Positions 23,260 to 35,107 of a stretch of DNA of 64,000 nt are shown here, one piece after another. The notes under the pieces are model-generated. The model was not told the DNA's origin. It saw only the letters and a list, made by a program, of their open reading frames with translations, and did not search any database. This DNA comes from Mobula hypostoma. Lineage: Eukaryota. The stretch is taken from contig NC_086097.1 of NCBI RefSeq assembly GCF_963921235.1, forward strand, positions 158,722,001 through 158,786,000, written 5' to 3'. The position numbers were made by a program, and so were the translations under genes. Within the stretch, counting starts at the first letter, position 1, and each line of letters starts with the position of its first letter.

Positions 23260-24979
23260 CAGTGCTTATAAAAAATATTCACCCCCCCCCCCCACCCCGG
23301 AAGTTTTCCTGTTTTATTGTTTTACAACGCTGAAACACAGTGGATTTAATTTGGCTTTTTTTCAACAGGAAAAGACTCTTTGGTGTCAAAGTGAAAACAG
23401 ATCTCAACAAAGTGATCTAAATTAATTGCAAATTTAAAACATAAAACACAAAATAATTCATTGCACAAGTATTCACCCTCTTTAATATGACACACCAAAT
23501 CATCACTGGTGCAGCCATTTGGTTTTAGAAGTCACATAAATAGTTAAATGGATATCACCATGTGCAGTCAAGGTGTTTCAATTGATTCTCGTAAAAATAC
23601 ACCGATATCTGGAAGGTCCATCTGCTGGTGAGTCAGTATCCTGGCTAAAACTACATCAGGAAGACAAAAGAACACTCCTAGCAACTCCGCGTAAAGGTCA
23701 TTGAAAAGCACAAGTCAGGAGATGGATACAAGAAAATTTCCAAGTCACTGAATATCACTTGGTGTACAGTTACAGGGTATGTCAATCATCAAGAAGTGGA
23801 AAGAATAGTGCACAACTATAAATCTGCCTAGAGTAGGCCATCCTCAAAAACTGAGTGACCGTGCAAGAAGGGGACTATTGAGGGAGGCCACCAAAAGATC
23901 TATGACAGCTCCGGAGGAGTTACAAGCTTCAGTGGCTGGGCTGGGGGAGACTGCACATATAACAATACACAACAAGCTGGAGGGACTCAGCAGGTCGGGC
24001 AGCATCCGGGGAAACGATCAGACGACGGTTTGGGCTGACCTGCTGAGTCCCTCCAGCTTGTTGTGAGTGTTGCTTTGACACCAGCATCTGCAGATTATTT
24101 TGTGCATACAACAACTGTTGCCCAGATGCTTCACCTGTCGCAGCTTTTTGTGAGTGTGGCAAAGAGAAAACCACTGTTGAAAAGATTCACATGAAATCTC
24201 AGCTAGAGTTTACCAGAAGGCATGTGGGGGACTCCAAGGTCAGCTGGAAGAAGGTTGTATGGTTTGACGAAACCAAAATTGAGCTTTTAGGCCACCAGAC
24301 AAATCACTATGTTTGGCATAAAGCTTGGTGGTGGCAGCATCATGCTACAGGGATGGTTCACTGCAGCTAGCTCTGGAAGGCTTGTGAAGGTTGAGGGTAA
24401 AATGAATGCAGCAAAAGGCAGGGAAATCCTGGACAAAAACCTGATGCAGTTTGCAAGAGAACTGTGACTTGGGAGAAGGTTTGTTTTCCTGCAAGACAAC
24501 GACCCAAGCATAAATCCAAAGCTACACAAGAATAGCTTAAAAACAACAAAGTTAATATCTTGAAGTGGCCAAGTCAGAGTCCAGACCTCAATCCAAATGA
24601 GTGTTTGGGGCTAGACTTGTAATGGGCTATTCTGTCATCATCCCCACAGTTTTGTAAAGAAGAATGAGGAAAAATTGCAGTGTCCAGATGTGCAAAGCTG
24701 ATAGAGACCTATCCACACAGACCCAAGGCTGTAATTGCTGCCAGAGGTGCCTCTGCTAAATACTGACTAGAAGGGGATGAATGCAATCAATTATTTTGTG
24801 TTATGTATTTATAATTAATTTTGATCACTTTGTAGAGATCTGTTTTCACTTGAACATAAAAGCGTCTTTTTCTGTTGAACGGTGTGAAAAAAGCCAAATT
24901 AAATCCACTGTGATTCAATGTTGTAAAACAATAAAACATGAAAACTTCAAAGGGAAATGAATACCTTTTATAGGAACTG
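23260..24979 (+). mobile_element. Tc1-like (Passport-like, IR/DR type) DNA transposon, decayed
   Basis: TA TSDs; ~200-bp TIRs beginning CAGTGCTTATAAAA; transposase remnants KTKEHS..KSGDGYKKISKSLNI, WFDETK, QDNDPKH, WPSQSPDLNP. Confidence 0.9.
23966..24104 (+). mobile_element. 139-bp fold-back PLE-derived insertion in the Tc1
   Basis: Arms CACAACAAGCTGGAGGGACTCAGCAGGTC / GACCTGCTGAGTCCCTCCAGCTTGTTGTG plus tail; TSD CATATAACAA / CATACAACAA. Confidence 0.85.
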
Positions 24980-25164
24980 TATAACATGGAAAGAAGGCTC
25001 AGAAGGGAAGGGAAGAGAAGAGAGAGGCAAACTGTACTAATCAGAATCCCATGTCATAAAATTTGTTGTTATATGATGGCAGTACATTGAAATACATAAT
25101 AAAAACTGTAAATTGCAGTAAGAAGTATATACAGTTCTGTGCAAAAGTCTTAGGCATATACGAG

Positions 25165-25847
25165 TGTAGCCCCCCGGCCACCCTCAGGGTCGCTCGGCTC
25201 GCTGTCGTCTAGGGAAACAGCCTCGGCCCCGCCAAACTGGATAATTCGTTTGTGTGATGTACCCCACCCTGCCCAAATAACAGACAATACACCAGATGCA
25301 ATTAAATGATATACAGTTTATAGATATTACTGGAACTATATATTTAAAAGAGAATAAAATATAAAAGGAAAATAAAAGGCGCCACACTTATCAAAGTTCA
25401 ATCTCTTCGTGCACAAAAACCGTTGGAGCTCAAGGACCTTCTTCTTCACCCTGCGACCCCCTCGGACCACCTCGACCGGCCGTCTGGGACCAACAACGGT
25501 GGTCGACCAGACGCTCCACACGAGTCCATCTCCGTTTCCTCGCCGAATGTCCCACTCGGGGTCCGACCCCGTTAGCGGACTCACAGCACCTCGTCCATCC
25601 TCTGTATCGCTCTCCCGCCTTCTCCCCCAAAACCCCGCCCATACAGTATCTTCAAATACACCAAAACCATAACAACTATCCCAATTGGTTAATAGCACTC
25701 TCTTATCACACACTAAAGCAAAAACAAACTGTTAGCGCAAACTTTCTCAGCGTTTAACACAACAAAGCCGCATTCCTCAGATTAACATAACAAAGACGCC
25801 ATTTTAATTAGCCTCTGCAGTAACATAAAAGTCGAAACCCCCTTACA
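25165..25847. mobile_element. Solo LTR (683 bp)
   Basis: TGTAG...TTACA termini; 4-bp flanks CGAG / GGAG; CpG-rich; interrupts a mariner TIR. Confidence 0.75.
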
Positions 25848-25851
25848 GGAG

Positions 25852-26341
25852 GGATAATTGATAAGAAGGAGTCAATTTTAGAAAACCTATCACATTTATT
25901 TTTCAACATAGTCCCCTCCTACATTCATACACTTAGTCCAGCGGTCGTGGAGCATACGGATCCCTTCTTTGTAGAAGTTGGCGTCTTGGACCTCCAGAAG
26001 TGGTCCACAGCAGGGGTGATTGATAAGTTCGTGGCCTAAGGTAGAAAGAGATGAGTAATTAACTTCAAACTTTCTGCATAATCTCTCAAAGAGGTGAACT
26101 GCACGTGTATGTAATGAGAGCTGTATAACTCATCTCCTTCTACCTTAGGCCACAAGCTTACAAATCACCCCTGTGGACCACTTCTGGAGGGCCAAGAGGC
26201 CGACTTCTACAAAGAAGGGATCGTATGCTCCATAACTGCTTTACTAAATGTAGGATGGGACTATGTTGAAAAATAAATGTGCTAGGTTTTCTAAAATTGA
26301 CTCCTTCTACCTTAGGCCATGACCTTATCAATCACCCCTTG
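25852..26341. mobile_element. Palindromic mariner-derived MITE (first 4 bp lie at 25161-25164)
   Basis: TIR (C)GAGGGGTGATTGATAAG with TA flanks; both arms carry a mariner transposase C-terminus DFYKEG..DYVEK* in inverted orientation. Confidence 0.8.
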
Positions 26342-26454
26342 TATATGTAGCCAGGGCGTCTAAGACTTATGCACAGTACTGTTGTAATTTTACTTATTGC
26401 ATTGTACAGCTGCTACTGAAATAAACATATTTCATGACATATGTCAGTGATTCT

Positions 26455-26905
26455 GGGAATGAAGGGATTAACATATGAGCCCTGGGCAACTTTGGGCCTG
26501 TACTCACTGGAATTTAAAAGAATGTGTGGGGATCTCACTGAAACTGAACAAATGTTGAAATGCTGGATGTGGTGGATCTGAAGAGGATGTTTCCTCTGGT
26601 GCGGGTGTCCAGAACCAGCAGGGACAGCGTCAAAAGTGAGGGGTGACCCTTCAGAACAGAGGTAAGGAAGAGAGTAGTGAATTTGTGGAATGCTCTGCCA
26701 CAGATAATTGTGCAGGCCAAGACTATGGGTATATTTAAAGCAAAATTGGTAGTTTCCTGATTGGTCAGGGCATCAATGTTTAGGGTGGGAAGGCAGGTGT
26801 ATGGGGTTGGATGGGATCCAGGATCAGCCATGATGGAATGGCAAAACAGACTCGATGGGCTGAATGGCCTAATTCTGCTCCTTTGTCCTGTGATCTTATG
26901 ATAAA
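26455..26905 (+). mobile_element. CR1 3' fragment inside the composite element
   Basis: GGCCTGTACTCACTGGAATTT.. and GGGCTGAATGGCCTAATTCTGCTCC 3' UTR. Confidence 0.8.
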
Positions 26906-29900
26906 CCCTATTCTGATATGGGTCTCTCTTGTCGACTGAGAATGGGAAAGGGGCAGGAAGAGGGATTCATGTTTGGGAAAAGGTGAAGGGAGAGGGGAGG
27001 GAGCAGGAAGCACCAGAGAGACATTCTGTAATGATCATTAAACCAAATGACCTTGCCTGATGTCTCAGTGTTGGTGTCTGCATCCACTCCCCCCCCTGCT
27101 GTTAGTAGTCCTAGTGCACCTGTCCTACACATATCCCATGGTGCTCTGCCCTCGCCATTCCCAATTTGCTTTGCTCCTGCCAGATTTACAAACTTAATCT
27201 CTGCTCCGCATTGACAAATACAGTACATTGCAGAAGTTTTAGGCACCTAGTTATATATATGTGCTTAAGACTTTTGCACAGTGCTGTATATATTTACGAA
27301 GTTAAATTAATTGTGCAAAAAGAGAAAACAAAATATAGTGCAATAGTGTTCATGGGTTCAATGTCCATTCAGAAATCTAATAGCGGGGAGGGGGGAGGGG
27401 AGAAGCCATTCCTAAATCATTGAGTATGTGCCTTCAGGCTTCTATTTCTCTTCATCTCCTAGTGATGGGGGTCCTTAATGATTGATGCCAGCTTTTTGAG
27501 GCATTGCTCCTTGAAGATGTCCTGGATGCTGGGCAGGCCAGTGCCATAGGTGGAGCTGACTGAGTTTACAACTTTCTGAAGCTTGATTTGATCCTGTGCA
27601 GTGACACTCCCCAAAACCAGAGGGTGATGTAGCCAGTTAGAATGCTCTTCATGATACATCTGTAGAAATTTGCGAGTGTTTTTGGTGATGTACCAAATCT
27701 CTTCAAATTCCTAATGAAATATAGTTGCCTTCTTTGTAACTGCACTAATAGATCCTCAGAGATATTACATCCAGGAACTTGAAATTGTTCATCCTTTCCA
27801 CTTCTGATCTCTCAATGAGGAATGGTGTGTGTTCCCTCATCTTATTCCTTTCTGAAGTCCACAATCATTTCTCTGCTCTTACTGACAATGAGTGCAAGGT
27901 TGTTGCTATGACACCATTCAACCAGCTGATCTGTCTTCTCAGCAACATCTGAAGTTCTGCTGACAATAGTTGTGTCATCAGCAAATTTATAGATGGCATT
28001 TGAGCTGTGCCCAGACATACAGTCATGGCTGTAGAGAGAGTAGAGCTGTGGGTTAACGCACATCCGTGAGGTGCGCCAGAGAGAGGATTCGTTGGTTAGG
28101 GGAAAGTAAAGGAGGTTCTGCGGACAAGAATGTGATTCTCAGAAGGATTGTTGCTTCCTAGATGCCAGCATTGGGGACATCTCAGATCAAGTCGACAGCG
28201 TTCTTAAGTGTGAGAGTGAGCTACCAAAGGTTCTGGTCCATGTCAGTACCAATGATGTGGGTCAGATGGGTGACGTGTCCCTGCAATGTGAGTTCAGGGA
28301 GTTAGGTGTTAAGTTAACCTAAAGGATGGGACCTCCAGGGGTGTGATCTCAGGATTCCTGCCCATGCCGCATGCCAGGGAGACCAGAGCTAATAAGGTCA
28401 GACAATTTAACATGAGGCTAAGGAGTCAGTGCAGGAGGGAAAGCTTCAGATTTTTGGATCACTGGGCTCACTTCCAGGGAAGATGGACCTGTACAGAGGG
28501 TCACTTTGCAACCGGACAGTAAGGGGACTGATATCCTAGCCTTGTTAGTTCTGCACTTAGCAGGTTTAAACTAGAGTTGCCAAGGGATGGGAACAAGAGT
28601 ACCAGAATAGATAGTGGAGTGGTTGTGGAGAAAGGGCCTACATACAAAGTCATGAATCAAAAGATTGAGCATTGTGGTACTAATGTTCTGAACTTTGTAT
28701 ATTTCAATGCAAGAGTATTGTAGGAAAGGCGGTTAAACTTAGGCCATGGATCAGCATGTGTAATTATGACATTGTAGCCATTAGTGAGACTTGGTTACAG
28801 GAGGGACAGGACTGGCAGGTCAATGTTCTGGGGTTCTGCTGTAATTGGACATGAAAGGGCTGGAAGGATTGAAGGAGGAGGACTGGCATTACAAGATACG
28901 GAAAATGGCATGGCAGTGCTCAGACAGGGCAAACTGAAGAGCTTGTCTACTGAGGCTATTTTGGAGAAATTGAGGAATAAGAAAGGAATAACCAAGTTAC
29001 TAGGGTTATATTATAGACCACCCAAGAGTCCACAGGATTTAGAGGAACAAACTTGTCATAAACCATTGCAAGAAACATGAAGTTGTGATGATAGGTGATT
29101 TTAACTTTCCAGATATTGACTGGGACTCACATGCCGTAAAAGGGCCGGATGGGAAGGAGTTTGTCAGAGGTGTTCTGGAAAGTTTCTTTAATCAGTGCAT
29201 ACAAGTCCCAAAGTCCCAACTAGAAAGAGTGTAGTATAGATCTCCTATTAGGGAATGAGTCTTAAGAGGGTGACAGAAGATATTGTAGCAGAACACTTTG
29301 CATCTAGTGATTATAATACCATTAGTTTCAAGGTAATTATGGAAAAAAGATAGGTTCGGTCCTTGGGTTGGGATTCTAAATTGGAGAAAGTCCAGTTTTG
29401 ATGGTATTATAAAGGATCTAACAGGTTTTTTTCTAGTAAAGGTGTGCTTGGTAAGTGGGAGACCTTCAAAAGTGAAACTTTGGGAGAACAAAGTTTGGGT
29501 ATTCTTGTCAGAGTAAAAGGCAAAAATAACAGGTTTAGGGAACCTTGGTTTTTGAGAGATATTGAGGCACTGGTTAAGAAAAAGAAGGAGGTACATAACA
29601 GGTATAGGCAGGGAGGAACAAGTGAGGTACTTGAAGATTATACGAAATGCAGGAGAGCACATAAGGAAATCAGGAGGGCTAAAAGAAGACATGAGGGTGC
29701 TCTAGCAGACAAGATGAAGGAGAATCTGAAGAGCTTTTACAGATATATTAAGAGCAAAGGGAGAGCAAGGGACAGAATTGGTCCTTTGGAAGTTCAGAGT
29801 GGTAATCTACGCATAGAACTGAAAGAGGTGGGGGAGATCTTTGATGTTTTTTTTGCATCTCTATTTACTCGCAAGATGCAAGAGTCTATAAATGTGAGGC

Positions 29901-30978
29901 AATGCAGCAGTGAGATCTTGGATCCTATAAAGATTACAGGGGAGAAGTTGTTTGCTGTCTTGAAGCAAAATATGGTGGATACGACCCATGGCCTGACAAC
30001 ATGCTACCTCAGACCCTGTGGAAAGCTAGTGCAGAAATTGTAGGGGGCCCTCGCAGAGATATGTATTTTAGCTACTGGTGAGGTGCTAAAGGATTGAAGG
30101 ATAGCTAATGTTGTTCTGTGTTTGAGATAGGTTCTAAGAATAAGCTAGACAATTATAGGCTGGTAAACTGACATCAGTTATGGGAATGTTATTGAAAGGT
30201 TTTCTAAGGGATCTGCTATATAAGTATTTGGATTGACAGGGACTGACTAGGGACAATCTTTGTGGCTTTATGTGTTCTAAATCGTGTCTAACCAATCTTA
30301 AAGAGTTTCTTTTTAAGGAAGTTAACAGGAAGGTTGATGAGGGTAAGGCAGTGGATGTTGTCTGCATAGACTTTAGCAAGGTTTTGACAAGGGAGTTAGG
30401 TGAAGCAGGTTCAGTCGCTTGGTATTCATGATGAGGTAGTAAATTGGATCAGACATTAGCTTTGTGGGAGAAGCCAGAGAGTGGTTGTAGATGATTGATT
30501 CTCTGACTGGAGGCCTGTGACTATGGTGTGCCACAGGGATCATTGCTGGATTTGTTGTTGTTTGTTATCTACATCAATAATTTGAATGATAATGTGGTAT
30601 ACTGTATCAGCAAATTTGCAGATTGGGGGTGTAGTTGACAGCGAGGAAGACTACCAAAGCTTGTAGCAGGACCTAACCAGCTGGAAAAATGGGTGAAAAA
30701 TAGCAAATGGAATTTAATGCAGACAACTGTGAGGTGTTGCACTTTGGGAGGACCAACCAGGTATGTCATAACACAGTTAGCGGTAGGGTAGTGAGTAACT
30801 TGGTAGAACCGAGGGATCTGGGAATACAGATCCACAATTCCTTGAATGTGGGCATCACAGATAGATAAGGTCTTAAAAAAGCTTTTGGTACATTAGCCAA
30901 AATTCATTGTATTGAGTACAGGTGTTGGGATGATATTTTTAAAATGTGTAAGATGTTGGTGAGGTCTAATTTGGAGTA

Positions 30979-32238
30979 CAGGTGGCCCCCATTTTCCGAA
31001 CGTTCACTTTACGACACCTCGCTGTTACAAAAGACCAACATTAGTTACCTGTTTTCGCTAACAGAAGGTGTTTTCACTGTTATGAAAACAGGCAGTGCAC
31101 GAAAAAGACAGCGTGCGCCCGAACAGCCAAACTCCACCCCCGGAACTGCATTCTAGCCGCCATTGCTTAAACACATGCTTTATCTCGATTTATTTTCTGC
31201 ATCCATTAACAAGATGAGTTCTAAGATATCGGAAAAGCCTAAAAGAGCTTGTAAGGCTGTTACACTTAGCGTAAAACTAGACATAATTAAGCGTTTCGAT
31301 CGTGGTGAACGAAGTAAAGACATTGTCCGCGCGTTGAACTTGCCTGCGTCCACCATTCGCACTATTTATACGCAGAGAGAAAGAATTTTGAAAGCTGCCA
31401 ATATTACTGTTGGTTCTGCTCGTAGCAAAGTGGTCTCTCTTAGTCGGCATTCAATAATGGATAAAATGTAAAGTCTATTGCTTGAGTGGATTGATGGGTG
31501 TTAAGTTTTCTTATACTTAAGGAGAAACCAGTCAGTCTTTTAAATAAGCTGAAACAGAAAGGACTGGATGATGGTGATAAAAGTGTTGCGAAAGTGGAAT
31601 TTAAAGGTGGTCATGGGTGGTTTGATCGGTTTCTGAGGCAAGGGCAGCTTCATAGTTTAACGTTTACTGGAGAGAGTGCTTCGGCTGTTACTGAAGCTGC
31701 CGAAAAGTTCCCAGCAGAACTGAAGAAAATAATTACAGAAGGTGGTTATTCGTATAAGCAAGTGTTTAACTGTGATGAAACTGCAATTTATTGGAGTCTT
31801 CTGGATTCCGGTAAGTGAAACTACACTGTACTTAAATTATTTCTACTTTATATAGGCTGTGTATTTTTATGTATTATTTGGTATGATTTGACAGCTTCAT
31901 AGCTTTAAAGGTTACTGGGGAGAGTGTTTCTGCCGAGAGCGCTTGCGCCGAGAGTGCTGCCGTGAGATTTTTGCTGCGCTAGACGGTGCTGCAGGAAAGT
32001 ATTTCTACTTTATATAGGCTGTGTATTTATCATATCATTCCTGCTTTTACTATATGTTACTGTTATTTTAGGTTTTATGTGCTATTGGGCATGATTTTGT
32101 AGGTTATTTTTTGGGTCTGGGAACACTCAAAAATTTTTCCCATATAAATAAATGGTAATTGCCTATTCACTTTACAACATTCCGGCTTACGAACCGTTTC
32201 ATAGGAACGCTTTACCTTCGGATAGCAGGGGAAACCAG
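30979..32238 (+). mobile_element. Tigger/pogo DNA transposon, internally deleted
   Basis: TA TSD inside the CR1 LEY|CVQ codons; ~25-bp imperfect TIRs CAGGTGGCCCCC.. / ..GGGGAAACCAG; CENP-B-type HTH (TLSVKLDIIKRFDRG, GWFDRF) and FNCDET. Confidence 0.9.
31214..31818 (+). pseudogene. Tigger transposase N-terminal half (two HTH domains up to the first catalytic Asp)
   Basis: ORFs 31163-31471 and 31498-31818 separated by a stop/frameshift; similarity ends after NCDETAIYW. Confidence 0.85.
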
Positions 32239-34956
32239 TATTGTGTGCAGTTTTGGTCACCTACCACAGGAATGAAGTAAATAAGATTGTAAGAGTGCAG
32301 AGAAAGTTTGCAGCTTTGTTGCCAGGACTTGAGGACCTGAGTAAGGTTGAACAGAATGTAGAAAATTGAGGGAAGATTTGATGGAAGTATACAAAGTTAT
32401 AAGGGATGCAGATAGAGTAAATGCAAGCAGCCTTCTTCCACTAAGATTGGGTGAGACTACAACTAGAGGTCATGGGGGGTTAAGGGTGAAAGGTGAAATG
32501 TTTAAAGGGAACATGAAAGGGAACTTTTTCACTCAGGTTGGTGAGAGTGTGGAATGAGCTGCCAGTGCATGTGGTGGATGTGGTATTGATTTCAAAATTT
32601 ATGAGATGTTTGGATAGATACATGGATGGAAGGGAAATGGAGGGCTATGGTCAAGGTGCTGGTTGATGGGACAAGGCAGATTAATGGTTCAGCATGGACT
32701 AGATGGACCAAAGGGCCTGTTTCTGTGCTGTAGTATTTTATGACTTTTTGACCCCTGTCTATCTCTCTACCTCTCTCTGTATCTCTCCCTTTCTGTCTGT
32801 ATCTTTCTCTCTCTCCCCCTTCCCTCCCTCCCTCCCTCACTATACGAGTATGGCATTCAGGCTGAATTTACTGGAACATTCAAACAAAACTTTCTCAAAA
32901 GGAGAGACATGGGCAGATGCAGGCACAATCACGTTTACCTCACGTGAGATGTCCTGGGTTTTCTGCGGAGTGTCTGAGAATAGAAAGAATAGGCAAGAGG
33001 GAAAACAGAATGTACACAGTGTGAGCATTTACTACATGACTTCATTTTGCACATTGTTTGTAGATGAAGAGTCAGTTCTAAACTTGTTTGTTTTCAATGT
33101 TTAACTCTTTGCTGATTTCAGCAGCATTTAGTAATGTTAAGCAGATAACCATTCTCGCGATTTGAGTTTTGCAACGTTGATCTCCAACAAATGAATTCTT
33201 TCCTTGATACTATCCAAGATAATCTCAGTTGTGATGCTAAAGATCATTATAGTAATTTTAGTGTTAGATTTTCAAAAGTAGACATGTTTTGATTTATTGG
33301 TTTGCAGAAGTAGATAAATCTTACAGATTCAAGTCAATCAGGTAATCTTTTTCCATAGTGTTATTGCATTTGCTTTACCTTCTAGTATAGCCCTTAACCT
33401 GTCATTAATAAAGATGCAAGAATAATTAGAATTCTAGATTGTAGTGCCTCACAAAGACCGGTTTATTGTTCATCTTTACCTAATGGTTGTGATTTGCATC
33501 TTTTTTAAAGATGCAATAGAATTATTGATTCATTGCTTGAAAACAAGCTTCCCTTCTATTGAGTAAGGTTTAACATTAGCTTATTTTGATTGCTAAATGC
33601 TTTAAATATGTTGGGAAGATGCATATACTTAACAAGGCAAAAAGTAAAAGTTAAAAAAGTGCAGAGTTATTGCTTTTAACACATTTGCACCATTGGAACT
33701 GAAGTGCCTGTATGAAGCCTTGTTTTAGTTATCTGTGGTTGACTGGCCTGATGGTAATAGGGGTTAAGGCCCATATTACTTATGCCTTTGGCCTATCCAT
33801 TTCAGGAACAGGAATGCTATCTGCAACTGCTCTGAATGTCACAAAAACTGTCTCAGCATATGGATAGTAGAGAGAATTTGGCCTTTTAAACTTCAATTCT
33901 ACCTTTTATATGTGGAAGTGTTCATTATATTCATTTAGGCTTACAGTGTTGTGCTTCACTTACCTTTGGATTTCAGGCTCAAGTCCCTAGAATTATTTTG
34001 AGAATTAGTGACCACAAATACTATTCAGATGCAGGCATCCAAGTTCATAAAGTTCAACGAGGATGCAAAATTCCACAACTGCATTACAAATTTGTAAAAC
34101 TATCTCTTCGGACCAACTTCATCCAGCTTTGTTCCTTTTATACGAAATTGGTGATGTCCATTTAGTTTCCTTAGAGAGCTTCATCGTATTGAAAATGAGT
34201 GTTACTTAACATCCTTTGGTCTTTGCTGGAATGGAAACATAATGTCACGTTTCCTTTCTGAGCATTTTGTTTACATATTTATCCAGTGAATGCTGATTTA
34301 AAATTATTACAAAAAATTACTTTGTCTTGCAGATTTATTGAAACAGATAGCCTTTCGCAAACACCAGTGAACTAAACTACCCATTACATCAAGTTCCTTA
34401 AAATTCAAATTGTATTAAGTATCCCTTTGGGATTAGTTCCTTATTTTCCATCAGAATGTGCTGGTGAGAGGCCTAGTGATGGTCGCTCACACTGACTAGC
34501 AAGTGCTGGTGGTTAGATTGCCTTGCTGCAGATGGTCATTGCTTGGTACTCTACTGTGTGGATGTTAATTGTCCCGGATTCATGCCTAGATGTGGTCTAG
34601 GTCTCACTGCATGTAGACATGGAGTGCTTAATTTGCTGAGGAATTGTGAAGGATGACTAGCTATAACAGTGTCAGTCAAACAGAAAACGAAAATAAGCTT
34701 GACAGGTCAACATGGGATTGTCCGTAATGGGGCATTTTTATTTCTAATATTCTGCTCACACATTCTATAATGCCACAATTCCCTCAGCAAATATTGAAGT
34801 AACACTTATTGTAAGTTTCTTTCCAGTTTCATTCCGGCTAAATTCCAGTTTCCAGTGGCGCCATTAAGAAGGCAACTTGTGCCTGCAGCTCCGGTAGAAA
34901 TCTTCAGGTATTCCCATTTTAGTCTGCTACAGCTGAAGTTCACAGTTACAACCATG

Positions 34957-35106
34957 GACTGTTAACTGTCGGGCCAAGACCCTTCTGCAGGAATGAGTCC
35001 AGCTGGAAATGAGTCCTGTTGAAGGGTCTCAGCCCAAAACATCGACTGTACTTCTTTCTATAGATGTTGCCTGGCCTGTTGAGTTCCTCCAGCATTTTGT
35101 GTGTGT
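34957..35106. repeat. Two divergently oriented degenerate hammerhead/PLE ends
   Basis: Minus copy 34957-34993 (CCTGCAGAAGGGTCTTGGCCCGACAG) and plus copy 35012-35049 (GTCCTGTTGAAGGGTCTCAGCCCAAAACATCGACT) plus tail. Confidence 0.65.
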
Positions 35107-35107
35107 T

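Larger units (their letters stand above)
25132..27286. mobile_element. Composite Tc1/mariner-type non-autonomous unit bounded by hairpin mini-MITEs
   Basis: TA|CAGTTCTGTGCAAAAGTCTTAGGCA ... TGCTTAAGACTTTTGCACAGTGCTG|TA; internal TIR copies at ~26357-26381 and ~27221-27245. Confidence 0.7.
25040..28078 (-). mobile_element. Rex1/Babar-like LINE split at a TA (pieces 25040-25131 and 27287-28078)
   Basis: LYSLYSHDC..IYKFADDTTIV..KSREMIVDFRK (27842-28063) and SIIKDPHH. Confidence 0.8.
21885..32748 (+). mobile_element. Near full-length decayed CR1 LINE fragmented by nested insertions (pieces ~21885-22555, 24995-25035, 28078-30978, 32239-32748)
   Basis: ORF1 VRCSTCGM, esterase GDS..R / HVSTND, APE YFNAR / LYYRPP / GDFNFP, RT DFSK / KFAD, LEY|CVQF junction and 3' UTR are collinear across the inserts. 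Confidence 0.85.

Noticed and set aside
32750..32840. Short ORFs over CT/GA-rich tracts (also 51545-51600)
   Set aside because: Low-complexity microsatellite artefacts.
33800..33870. Possible exon after CCATTTCAG
   Set aside because: The two frames I translated hit early stops and there is no clear donor.
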